From: Chrysomallon squamiferum
Taxonomy: Eukaryota > Animalia > Mollusca
Length of the DNA stretch: 64,000 nucleotides
Direction of reading: 5' to 3'
NCBI GenBank assembly: GCA_012295275.1
Contig: CM022670.1
Span: 18,848,001 to 18,912,000 of the forward strand
A program made the position numbers and the translations under genes. Below are positions 27,224 through 40,500 of this stretch, piece by piece (the stretch's first letter is position 1; the number at the start of each line of letters is the position of its first letter). Below the pieces are notes generated by a model. That model saw nothing but the letters and a program-made list of their open reading frames with translations. It ran no database searches and was not told the origin of the DNA.

Positions 27224-27330
27224 GTTTGGAGGTATCTTCTTCTTGCTCTATTGTCTTCAAAAGAGAAGTTGTGCTGAATGCTGTAAACTAACTCTATTTA
27301 TTCTTCACTCGTCCAGGATTTCGTACTTCA
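27224..27330 (-). promoter_or_regulatory. Putative core promoter and non-coding exon 1 of the peptide gene
   Basis: On the minus strand: GTACGAAATCCTGG (27313-27326), TATA-like AATAAATA (27295-27302), Inr-like CATTCAGCAC (27271-27280), then a consensus donor c|gtaagt at 27224/27223. The block is conserved in two other copies in the window. Confidence 0.6.
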
Positions 27331-27934
27331 GGTGTCTAATCATATAATTATTTTTGGCACTCTCGGATGTTGATACTGATGTTATCATTTCTGTTTTATA
27401 AAAAGGTGAAATATACCTGACCACCTAATTTTAGCTGATATCCTGCAAAATATTATGAACGCACACACTCGCACGCACACGCACACACACACACAGGGGA
27501 TGTGTACGTATGTTATACCTGGACATATACTGAACCTCTAGACTCTGATTGTTCGAAAGGAGTTTTGCCACAACTATGTGATGCCTGGGTCGATATCGTG
27601 CATTTTGTTATATTAAAGACAGCGAAAGATCAAACCGATGCGAAAAACGTGACCAAACTCATTTAAATGTAAAAAAATTCTTTGTTTATAGGTGCCTAGG
27701 TAGGATATTATAAATTTGTAGGTTAGGACACAGCCTTTGAATATGAGGATCGAAAAAGGTGAATTACCCACCGCGTCTGGAAAATTACATATGGGTATTT
27801 TTATGTCTAGTGCTCTACATCAAACCAGCAGTTGAATAAAGGTTCTGGCCGATTCAGTATAGAGCACACTGAACACTGATCATTATAATGTTTTCCGTAA
27901 TAAGTTTCACCCATTTCGGTTTTTAATTTCAAAG

Positions 27935-28225
27935 GGTCGTATGGAAAGTGGACACAAGACGACTTGGAAAGTGCCTTTCAGGCGCAAACTAACGACCTGC
28001 CTGAGTTCAAAAGGAAGTTGAACGCCACATGTCAATACCAGCATATTTCAAAATAAACATTTTTGAGGAATTTGAACTGCAGAAATAAATATGTAACCTA
28101 AATGGTGGTAACTCCACCTCAAAAATAGAAAAGACGTAGGACAGCCGGGCTAAATACAGAAGAACTGGAACACTCGCTCGTTGACTATATAATGGAATTA
28201 GATAATATGCTGATTGGATTAAATA
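27935..28225 (+). mobile_element. Degenerate pogo-like transposase 5' fragment (psq-type HTH and CENP-B-type HTH remnants)
   Basis: Fragments translate to GKWTQDDLESA and EELEHSLVDYIMELDNMLIGL, resembling pogo-family N-terminal DNA-binding motifs; frameshifted. Confidence 0.55.
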
Positions 28226-28229
28226 ATAA

Positions 28230-28345
28230 ATGCGCTTTATGGAACATAAACTCCGAATAGTTTTAATACTAGCATCTTATAGAACATAAATTCCAAATAG
28301 TTTGGCTTCTTGCATTTTACGGAACATATATTCCGACAGTATTAC
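28230..28345 (+). repeat. Three diverged ~40-bp tandem repeats
   Basis: Core ggaacataaactccgaatag / agaacataaattccaaatag / ggaacatatattccgacag at ~40-bp spacing. Confidence 0.75.
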
Positions 28346-29177
28346 TTTTTGCGTTTTACAAAACAATAATACTGTATAGTAAAGTATATCTTTGACACAG
28401 TGAATATGCTATTTTGAATTGATGTTTATTCCCTCCTTTCTTTTTATCCTTCTAATCTTAATCTCAGTTAGGCGAAAGATAATGTACTGAAAAGGATATT
28501 CGGAATTCCCTATACTGAATCACTTTGACCTTATGTTGAACCGAGGCATCTAAATCTATCAATTATGACTGGATTCATCTTCATTGATTCCATCTGGACT
28601 GCGCCATAATGGTCGGGAAGTTAGAGGGTTCACCTCCCCTAGATATAAAAAATATAATATCTTTCGTGCATCATTTTAATATATATAATGCATGTTATTA
28701 TTTGCTTTTATAACTTCAAAGAATGCATTGGCATATTCGTACATACAAAAATACATACATACCAAAGCAGACAGACAGACATACAAACATATACAAAAAG
28801 GTGAAATGTTATACCTGATCAGCTAATTGTAATTGATATGCTCCAAAATATGAACAAATATACATACACACACATGCACACGCACACACTCACATACATA
28901 CATACATATGTATATCATTTTAATATAATTATACTATTGAATATAATTTAAAGAGACAAAAAATAATAGTCAAAGAAGAATCAGGATGAATTAGATTGAT
29001 AATGTAAACAACATCCTAAAATTTTATTAACTGCTGTATATTTACAAAAAAATCTCTAATAAATGGAACCGTTTACAAACTAGTCACTTGACATGCAACC
29101 AGTACTGGAGGGGGCACAAATAAAGTTTGTATACCAAAACCTTTGATTAACAGTGGATGGTTTCACTCACGGCAAGT

Positions 29178-29292
29178 GACTTGGCATTATCGTATTTGAC
29201 GCCCTTTACATTTTGACAATTCAGTTAATGCTTCAGCCGCGGTGAAGGCGAGAAAGGTTCCTGTATAACCTAATGCAGACATGGATACCAAT
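29178..29292 (+). mobile_element. hAT transposase C-terminal remnant (copy 2)
   Basis: Encodes ...FDNSVNASAAVKARKVPV*; homologous to 22130-22255. Confidence 0.55.
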
Positions 29293-30232
29293 TATGCTTA
29301 ATAATAGAAATATTTTGACTATAAAGTTAAATAATTTATAAGATCTAATGTTTTATCTGCATGTTTGTTTCATAAACTACGGAAACCTCTACTTATAAAT
29401 GTCTTTCCAAGTGAATTCCACAACTAGAGCTGCAGAACAGATTTACTTTAACTGAACTTTAAAAAGTAACTTTACTGGATAACATGAATTTCAAATAGAT
29501 TATTATACAGGCCTAATCCATTTTGCGTTTTACAATTATGATATTAAGATTCTATTTTTGGTTGGAATAAAGTGATAAACTGATTTTTTTTTTTTCAGAG
29601 GATAGTAAGTCACAAAACATACAAAGTAAACATTTCAGGAGTAACTCAAATTGGGGCGCCAAAATATATATATATATATATACTGTGTGTTCATATTTCA
29701 AATTATTACCCACAAATTATGTATAAGCTTTTGTACACACATACATACGCACGCAAACGTACATACATACACATGTAAACGCACGTACTTACATTCATAC
29801 AGATATACAATAAATGGATGTATGGTCTGCAAAAACCGTTAGCTAATCAAATTATGAAATTATGTATTATTGAAAAACTGAACAAAAATAAATTAATATA
29901 TCTAAATAAATAAATAATTAGTATATGTAATTAAATAAATAGTTAGGTAAGAAGGTAGGTAGGTAGGTAGGTAGGTAGGTAGGTAGGTAGGTAGGTAGGT
30001 ATGCAGGTAGTCAGGCAGGCAGGCAGGCAGTTAGACAGTCAGAGGGATAGATACAGAGATAGCATAATCTAAATAAATAAATAGGTAGTAGATAGACAGA
30101 CAAACAGACAGGTAGACAAATAGATAATGTTATGGCTCTTAATTTAAAAATATAACACCAGAATTTTCTAATTTGTCACGAATGTTTGTTTATATTTTCT
30201 GAAAAAACCTTTAAAAAAATAAAAAATAAATA

Positions 30233-30283
<51 letters not shown>

Positions 30284-32516
30284 AATATAAACAGCGCATC
30301 CAAGCTGAACCGTTTATAAATGAAAATGAGAATTCTGGATAGTGCAAAATTCATTATCTCAGTTTCCAACATTCATATGTGTATGTGTGTGTGTGTGTGT
30401 GTAAATTAAGTGAACAGTTTGTCGTTGACATAATTTATTTTACACCGTCAGATGTTCATATCCAGTGTCCTCATTTCTATTTATAAATAGCTCAGCTTAG
30501 GTGCGATATTTTACTTTGTTTTCTTTTATGCTTCTGTAAATAATTAAATGTATATAATGCATTCGTGCCAAATCCGGTTAATGGTGGTGTCAAATAAACA
30601 TATGCTAAATAAAACAAAATAAAAAAAATAAAAAAAATCGGAACAAGCAGCTTGTTTTAGCCATGGAGTATCCTTTGTATTATTTATTTATTTAGAAATA
30701 GTACATTTAATAAACACTAATATTTTATCTAACATTTTTATTCAAAAGTCTTTAGCCATTGCTTTTGCAGAAACTGAAATATATCGAGTATATGTTCGAC
30801 AAAAGTTAGGAGTCAAGGTTCGAAGAAAAATTATAAATATTTTCGACAATGTGTAAAGTGAAATGAAAAATTTAATGAAATTGCATACAATAAATTAAAT
30901 AATAAAGAGACTTGAACAAATTTTTTCATGACGATGACAATTATTATGGTGATGATGATAGTTTTATCATGGTAAAAAAAAAAAAAAAAAAAAAAAAGAT
31001 TGACTAGTTAATTTAAATAAATAAATAAAATGCTTCACCCAAATTTAGAAAAAAATTAAATATGTTTTCTATAATTTATTATTTTAGCATTGGTTGGTCT
31101 ACAGTACACATAGCAACACACACATACACGTGTATATATAAATGTATTTCAAATGTATTTTTTTTTAGATGAAAGGTATATATTTTAAATCACAGTACCT
31201 TCAAATAGTAAGTCGGATAATGGGATATCTGTCAAATAATTTAAACATTCTTTTCTTTTCTTTTCTTTTTTAGTTTTTATTGCTGTTTTGTTTGTTTGTT
31301 TGATTTAGTTTTTTGTGGGTTTTGGGGAGGGGAGGTTTGCGTTTTCTGTTTGTGTGCGCGGGCGAGTGTGTGTATCTACTATCTGTTTTGGAACAACTTA
31401 TTATATAAAATGTACTTCAAAAATTCAAGTCCATATATATAGTAATCTGTTTGGTTTTGCACAAGCGACGAATGCAACGTTATTGTTGTACGGGGCAGGC
31501 TCAATTCTTTTAAAATTATTACGCCATTATCTACATTTCGCATATCAATGGCTTAAATAGAACCAGTCAATCCGTCCCCGCGGAACATGTTTAATCCTGC
31601 GAAATGGATGAAATTTAAGTGTCAAACTAATTATGTTATTTTCGTGTAAAGTAACGAATTACTGAAAGTTACAGTGCATGAACATTTTTTTATTGTGAAG
31701 AATATTTTATTTACAAATACAAGGTAGGGAATTTAAACCAATGATTTGGTTGTAAATATAATTACTGTAATAATAACTAATAACTAAACTTAAAATTATC
31801 CATTTATAAATTACAGATTTACGGCTAAATTTAAAATTTAAAGTTAATTTGTAAAAAAAAAAAAAACCCAAAACAGTAATATTATAAATGTGTTGATCAT
31901 GATGAAACGGATGAAAGACGTTTTTTATTCACGTTTGCATGCAAGATTACCGATTATCATACAGACGATCATAATGCACAAAATTCTAAGTAGTTCCATT
32001 TTGGACTGTATTTAATTTTGATTTCCATATTTATTTTATTTTATTTCATTTGTTATTGTAGTAGTTGTTGTTGTTATTTATTTCCTTTATATATATATAT
32101 ATAAATTTTATCATTATTTATATAAGAAAGACTTATAATAAACTGATAGTTGTTATTTATAGTTTTAGAGATGAAATGAATAAATGATATCTCAAAACCT
32201 AGGATACATGCAGCATAAAACTGTGGTTTAACTTTATAATCAAGGTCACTCTTATACAAAGTGTATTTTCTCATAATATGTTAAGCCATGACAGAGTCAA
32301 ATCCTTTTTTTTTAGATAAACCATATTTTTCATTTACCTGTGAAACAATACAGTGAATATTGGCAATATGTATTTGTAATAATAATTGTTAAAAAAATAA
32401 TATAATTTATTATCACTTCTTCAACTGTAATCAGTAATCATAAAACAAAGGTGTAAACAAGTTTATAGACTGTACTGTTGCAAAGTCTTACATAATGTAA
32501 CTAATGTTTCAGCAAA

Positions 32517-35500
32517 ATGGATGACCGACCAAAACCTCGCCCTCGTAGATCATCCACTCATCAACTAATGAGTGATGACAGTCAGGTGGAGCAAGGCGTG
32601 GTTAATCCAGCTGTGGTAAGTGTTAACAAATAAGACGTAAAGTGTTAACAACATATGGTCATTCTTTTTTTTTGAGAGCAGAGATTAATAAAGAAAATAA
32701 AAAATTGTAGGAAAATGTAATACTATTCCTAAAGATAAATAAAATGGGCACTGTTTTGTGTCCAAGTAAAATTAAAAGTGAACATTTTTGAATATTTTTT
32801 TATTTATTATTTGTTTTTACTCTCATATTAACTTGCATGCAAAAAGCTCTTTTTTACTTCTTTCTTTCTCTCTCTCTTTTTTTGTTTTGTTAGCAAATTA
32901 GAGATTTGAAAAAAGTAAATTAATCTTTTGCATTGTATTTTTTATAATAATTAATATGATAATAATCTAACTGGATGAGAAATTTATTTTAAAAGAATCC
33001 ATTACTGCTGTTCAGTTGATACAAATAGCATCTATATCATCTCATTACTAAAGAAAATAACCATTAATATCAATAATATAAAACTGGATTCTTTATATTC
33101 ATTCATTGTTCAATCCTACTGATACGACTTTGGGTCATCATTTTATGCAGTCTCTGAACTATGTTTTACAGTTGACCATGAAGGAATTACCTTTAATTCA
33201 TTATCTTTTTGCGAAATTTCAGCAGATGGATAGTGAAACTGCCTACCAAACATTTAGTCAGACTGAAGGAGAATCATCTGCAGCAGAGGTGTGTAAAAAA
33301 TATTTTAAATGTTAATTACAATTCAAAATAGAGCACAAAGGTTAAACAAAATCTTTTAAACTACTTGTTGGCTGTTTTGATTTTGTTATATTCTTTTATT
33401 CCCTTGCCTTTTTTTTTTTTTTCTTTTTTCGTTAAATGTATGATATATAAAATATAACCCTCTATAAAAAAAAAAATATAGATATTTTTTAATAAGTGAT
33501 GGATATGTACAGTATATAATATCACTGTTAAAAGTTATTAAAATTCATACTTTGGCAGTAAATAGAATCATTTTACTGAAATTTCATAATTATGATGTAC
33601 TGAAATATTAACCAATGTTTTAGATTGAGGAGATTGGGCAGGCCAAATCACTGGTGAAAGATTTGAAAACTCGTCGCAGACAGAGACAAAAAGAGGTCTG
33701 TATATTTAATTTTGTATCCTTTTTCAGAATTTAATTTTTATTAAATTAACATAAAATTTTATATTTTTTTAACTTGTTTCTTTCATTATTAACCGTATCT
33801 GTTTTTTTTTAAAAAAAATTTAACACAATGAATGGGCTAGAATTTGAAGAAAAGATGAAAATGGCAACCCTTTGGAATAAACATGCCAAATTAAATGAAA
33901 AAAAACTCAAAATTTCTAACTAATCCTAGTTTGTTAAAGAGATAAACATATTATCATATTATATCATTAATAACAATTTTTGGAATAAATACTTCCATCA
34001 GAATTCATAATGAAATCTGTCCTAAAGTGTGAAAATTTCAAAAACTCTGTGGTTATTTTTTTTTATTAATATTATTATAGAAGTGAAAAATATTTTACAG
34101 TTTAAGTAATGGATTATAATAAATTCTTACAACTTGAAGAAAAAGGCCATGTGAATAATATTTGTTACTTATGTTCTTATTTAAAAAAAAAAAAAAAAAA
34201 TTCATTGATTTATTTTGAAGTTGTCCAAACTCACAACACCTAAAGATGATGTGACTGGAGAGCTGAAGACTGTGAAAATGAAGAGTAAACAGAAAGTGGA
34301 AGAGACTTCCAGGGAAGGACTTGAGGAAGCAGTAGCAGAAGCAAGACAAGCTGCTGAGGCCAAGGATGAAATTGTCACTCTGCCAGCAGAAACAGAAGAT
34401 GGAACAGTGACCATGCCAACAGAAGATGGAACTGTTACTATGCCAACTGAAACAGAAGATGGAACAATTCCAATGCCTGACAAGACAATAACAAAAACAG
34501 AAGAAGGTTTGTATCAAAATGTTTTGTAAATAAATCTTTGTATTTTATAATGAGAACGACTTTTTGTGTAGTTTTCTTATCAGATAGATGTTCTTTTAAT
34601 AGATGTAATATTTTGATATCAATGTTCTTATATATTGTTGTTGTTTAACATATCAGTTAAATCCAAAACTTTATAGTCATATTTTTCACAAATAAATAAA
34701 TATGCATGTGTTTAATAGCTGCTTTAGAGACAGTTCGTACTGAGGAGGTACCTTCAGCACGGCTTGAAGAAACCACTGAGAAACCTCCAGAAACTCCTAC
34801 CTCTTCCCGCGGAATGTCTCTCAGAGCTAGAATGCGCAGCCGTGTACAAAAAGCTAAGGTAGAGTTGTTTCTGCTTAACACTTTATCTTGATTAACTTCT
34901 TTAAAATGTAAAAGTTAAATACTTTCATCTAATTTATTTATTTATTTATTTGTTTTATTTGTTATTGTTATTGGCTACTGTATAACAAATAACTAGTGTA
35001 ATAGATGATTTTATAATTTACTATAAATGACTTGCTTACATGTTTTTCGTGTATTTTCATCAGACTATTTTCTTATTATTGTTATTAATTTGTTGTTATT
35101 GTTGTTATTGCATCTACAGTCAGTTATATGGGAGTGTGTATATATCTGAATATAACTTTTAACTGTACACCTGAAGCTAGCATAATACTTTTCAACACTT
35201 TATTGCTTTCACAATCATATATACATAAGAAATAACCTTCCAATTCAATCCTTTTTTATGTACACTTCTAAAAGAAAATTTTAAAATTAAAAAAAATTAA
35301 CTTTCAAATAAAGAACAGTAAAAGAAAATATTTCAAACTTCAAAATTTATTTCCATTCTTGAAAATGACAGTTGTTATTTAGATTCAAACTGAAAATATT
35401 GCCGTTAGTTTTCTTGTTAATTTTAAATTCTTATTCTCGAAATTTCTGATTAATTTTCTAGGAGCAAGCAGAAACAGAATTGCGTGAAGAGGCTCGCGAA

Positions 35501-37532
35501 GAAAGACAACGTCTGAAGGATCTTCGTCAGAAAACTTTGACTAGGTTTGACACAGAGGTAAGTTCAGTTATCTATTTTTGTATCTAAAAAGACAGAAGGA
35601 AACGTAACTGTGAAATGTAATATGTGAATATGTTTTTTTTCTGAAGGGAAACAAAAGTAGTAAGATCAGTCCTTCCTACTGATATAGAAAGTTGTTTACT
35701 ATTCCATCCTGTTATCATGTTTTTTTGATTGTGAGACTGCGGATATTATTTGCTACATATTGGTAAACATAGCCAAGGTGTATGAAGGCAAAACCTTTGA
35801 AAGCATAAACCCTGGTTGTATATAATATATTAAAAATAAAAATTCTTTCAGTGGAATTTTATGCTGTAGTTGTATTTATTATTTTAATATGTTTATATCA
35901 TTTAAATATGTTTTGAGAAAGAGAAGAAATATGTTTTTTAAATCTACATATGGCAAGCATTTTTGGTTCCCCACTTTGTCTGTTCAGTATTTGTCATTTA
36001 TATTTGTTAAAGTCTGTGAACATGGTAAACATGGTTTTATAGCTGCTGACTGAAAAATGACAGCAATGCAGTTATATAGATAGGACATTTATATATTAAT
36101 ATTATAATTTGTTGTACTACTTTTAGAATTCATTTAAATATTAATATTATAATTTGTTGTACTACTTTTAGAATTCATTTAAATATTTTGTTTTGATTTT
36201 AGAAAGTATTAAATTCAGTATATCAACAAGATATAGTATTACTGTTATATAAACTTGATTATGTACTTGTGGGTTAATGTTGTGAAAATAACATGTAATG
36301 GTGTTATTGCTTTAATTTGATTGATTTATTTTTTCGATTGATTATATTATATTATTTATTTATTTATTTATTTTTTGGTTTTTATCATATAAAGATGAGT
36401 GATGTAGATATTGAAAAATTGGCTGAAGAACGTCGCAGAAAAGTTAAACAGCGCTGGGCAAAAATGGGAATGACGGACATGCAGGTAAGGAGTTCTTTTT
36501 GTTTTGTTATACTTATTTATGTTTAAAACTGTAAATTTCATAAATTTCATATTAGGTTTGTCGCATTTTGGTTCAAGTTAATTAATGTCTGACTGTGGAA
36601 GCATATATATCTGTGTATATAGTTATGTAAAATGGTAGCAAAACCTTTGAAGTTTTATGAATAATTATCAACATAATTTTGTGAATGTAATAACTGTTTT
36701 TACATTTTTATATGTTATATTTGAATACAAATTTTGATTTATACATCAAAAATATTGGCTGCATTGTAACACATAAATATTTTTGCAGTATAAAAAAAAA
36801 TCTTCAGAATATATATGTGTGTTTATATATATATATATATTCATAAAAATGTATTTTACAGTACGATGGTTATTTAGAACATTTTTCTTTTGATTGTGTC
36901 AGTGTGTTTGTTCATGCTTGGGGAAGGAATCTGCTCTTTAAAAAATCTAATATAATGTTTTATTCTATCAGGAGAGTGGCTTACCTAGCACAAAGGCAGC
37001 ATATGACTTTTTTACTCGTCACTGGAGTTCTGATGAAGAAGAGGACAAAGAGGTCAGGGTTATAAAACCAAAGCAGGAAGCAGAAGAAACTGCAGAAGGG
37101 GAAGAAACAGAAGCCAAAACTGCACAGCCAGAAGATGAACAGGTGAAAGATATTAATTGTTTTATAATATAAGATAATAATAATTAATGAAAATGGTTGT
37201 TGTATAGAAACAGAAAATCTTAGATTAAATAATAGCAGTTTAAGAATAAAATATTTCTAAAATTACATTTTTATGTGTGTTAAGCTTTGAATGGCTGGTT
37301 ATTCCATATTGATACATAATTATGTCAAGCTTGGTCTCAAAGTTAATTTCACTACCCCCAAAAAACATAGTGAACATATATTCTTTTTGCTAAATCTTAG
37401 GTAAGATTTCATTTATGTTGAACACACTTTTATTAATTCCAGACATTGATAGACAAAGCTAAAAAATATGGATAGAAAAATAGATAAATGATAGATGCAT
37501 AAATAGATAGATAGATAGATACATAGAATCAA

Positions 37533-37563
<31 letters not shown>

Positions 37564-40500
37564 TTCATGTTTGCTTATTATCATGTGCATATAATATAAA
37601 TATCAATAGCAAGAATAAAAGAGAATAATAACTTAATATAATTTTGTTTTTCTATTAATATCTTACAGAATAATGATTGCCAGTTAATTTTGAATAAAAT
37701 ATAATTTTTATTTTATTCATTTAGGAAGAAGAAACAACAGATGGTATGTAAAAATGCAATAATTTCTTCTAAATTTACAATGTGCTGTTATTGTAACAAA
37801 CTCAAGAAGATATACATGACTTATAAGAAGCCATTTTTATTTTACTCTGATGAAACTTATTAATAATAACATTATTAATTTATTTATTTAATTATTTATT
37901 ATTATTTTATTTTTGTCATATCTGCACAGCTGCCATATTTGACTGGAGGTTTTAAATAATTTGTTTCTTAGGAATTTTGGTATCTCCTCATTTATCTTAC
38001 CCCTTTTAGGGAAATGAAAATAAATTTAAAAAATGCTTGATAAACTAAGGATGTTGACATTTTGAATGATTTAGTCAGTTTGTCTGGTATGTTTTATTTA
38101 TTTTTGTTTATTTTATTTGTTTGTATGAAATGAATTAATAAATGAAAAATTATCAGATTCCTTATTATTGTCATACTTTGTTATTACTAAAGGGATAATG
38201 ATGTACCAAGTTCCATCTATTAGTTTTTTCTTCCTCGTCTGCAGAAAGGTATATATAAAATATCACTTGCTACTTACTATTATTAGGAGTCCAAGAAAGT
38301 GGGTTTCCTCTCTCATATCAAAATTATATCTATTAAAAAAAAAAAAAAAAACATGTTACAAATCCCAATATCTGTTACTGCAATATTCTTAGGTTGACCT
38401 AAACAATCATTCATTCTTTGTTCACCAAAAGCTAATAAAACAATAACTTTTTTTAGTATACACATAACGACTTTTTATATATGTTATTGAAGTAATGTTC
38501 CCTTTCATTTTAGATAAAAAGCCTTTGCTTGGAGAAAAGGATGTGATTGAGGGTGAAGGACTTATAGTTATAAGAAAGCCTGAATTCATAGATCCTGTTG
38601 AGAAGAAGAAATTGGAAGATAAACTTTTGTTTGTTCCTTCTACAGCACCAGGTATGTCAGTCACAGAATTTTATAAACATTTGTTTGCTCCCTATATAAA
38701 ATTATGTAGATAGTCCACTGAATTCAATGCATAAAATGCTTATCATATTAAAAATGTATAAAATCAGTTGTTAAAGCAGAAGAGCTGTTGGTTATGTAAA
38801 TTGTATTATTCATTTATTGTGACTTACAAATCAACAACTAGTAAGCCATGCACTTTGCTATTAATAATAGATCATAGAGTGATCACAGGTCTTTTTCTTG
38901 AATATCATAATTCACCAAAATAAATAAGTCAGATGTTTGACATTATCTTATGGTTAAATATATTCCTTCATTCATTCATGCTTCGTACTACTGTTATAAA
39001 TGAATTATTCAGTGCCATCAGCTGAGAAGATTACTGAAGAATTACAGCCTCGATACTTGGAAGAAGAAGGGTTCTATGTTGGAGTTCGTCCTGAAATTCC
39101 GGTCCGTAACCAGAACAAGATGGAGCAGAGATTGGTACATCAACCTGACAACAAGGTTTGTGTTGATAAGACATGGTAAAATTTCATAGAATATATATTA
39201 AATTTCATGTATAGTACTGACTGTAAATAGCAAAATATATTTTGTGTACTTCCAAATTCTTATATTAATGGATATCATGTTTGTTTATTAAAATGTTAGT
39301 ATGGTATTATTTAAAAAAATGTGAAATACATTTAGTATACCACCAAGATTTATGTGTTTGTTGACATCCAGTGTTTACTACTGATAAAGTGTAACAAAAA
39401 TATCTTGTTTTTCAAAATGTGGAAATGTTTACAAATGAAATAAAAAACATTATTTTGACTGTATTTCTGTTTTCAAGGGAAGAGATTGGTTTGGGGAGGA
39501 TGGGAAAATAATAGCTCTTCCAAATCCTCTGCGACCATCACCTTCAAGACCAGCAGTACCAGATGAACCAGACCCAGATTTGGAAACTGTCTTTAGGAAG
39601 GTATTAAGAAATATGTTGTTAGTGAAATACTATTTATATATAATTATATTGAAAGATAGAGTTATAATTGTTTTTGTTGAAATTTGGAAGTTATTTTTAG
39701 CAATATATGGTCATAACAATTCTAAAACTGTAGTTTAAGTTTATGATTTGTTTTATTTTCTGGGCTTTGATTGACAAGAATTGGTTATACTCTGGGTTTT
39801 GTTGTTGTTTTTTTCAATTTGCTATTAAATCTAATATTATTATTAAAATGGCTTTTTAAAATTCATTTGAATGAATACAAAATTATTTTTAAAATATTTA
39901 AGAACTTGTACATTAGATTTAATTATTTTTCCATTATGTTAAGTTAATCATTATTGTGTCATATAATACTACTGCCATAATTTTAAATCTGCACTCAAAG
40001 TTCATTTTCATATTGCAATTTTGTTTTAGTTTTCAGTTCACTTAATCATAATTATTAATTTAATATATAATGATGATGCACATATTATAGCAATATTATT
40101 TCCATTTGTAATATATAATCATTAATGTATGTTATTTTGTCCCTATCTAAAATATATTGATCATTTGTAGCTTTATTATTTCCTTTTATAAAATATCTTG
40201 ATTAATTAAAGCATTATTCTTTCTCTTTAAAAATACACTGATTAACTATCATCATATTGATTCTGAATTACACTGAATCAGTAACTAATCCTATATCAAA
40301 AGCACTAAATTCTTGAAAATTATTTTTTAAAATATTTCAGGCTATAGTCCGTGAATTTGATCAGCGATACATAGATGGAGCTATTGAAGGAAGTGGCCAT
40401 TATCAGTTGGATGTGGACATTAATTCTCTTGAATTTAGTCACCATCATTTGTTCAGCAGGGAACATGTTCTTTCTGAAAAACTGTTTGATCTCTATCAAC

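Noticed and set aside
289-27330. Functional link between the cytokine-receptor-like gene and the peptide gene as an immune cluster
   Set aside because: They are separated by housekeeping NOL10; proximity alone is not evidence in an animal genome.
34095-34517. 140-aa and 93-aa minus-strand ORFs
   Set aside because: Antisense shadows of a CC2D2A repeat-containing exon.
36092-36188. ~45-bp direct duplication in an intron (a similar one lies at ~24355-24430)
   Set aside because: Ordinary slippage duplication with no functional signal.
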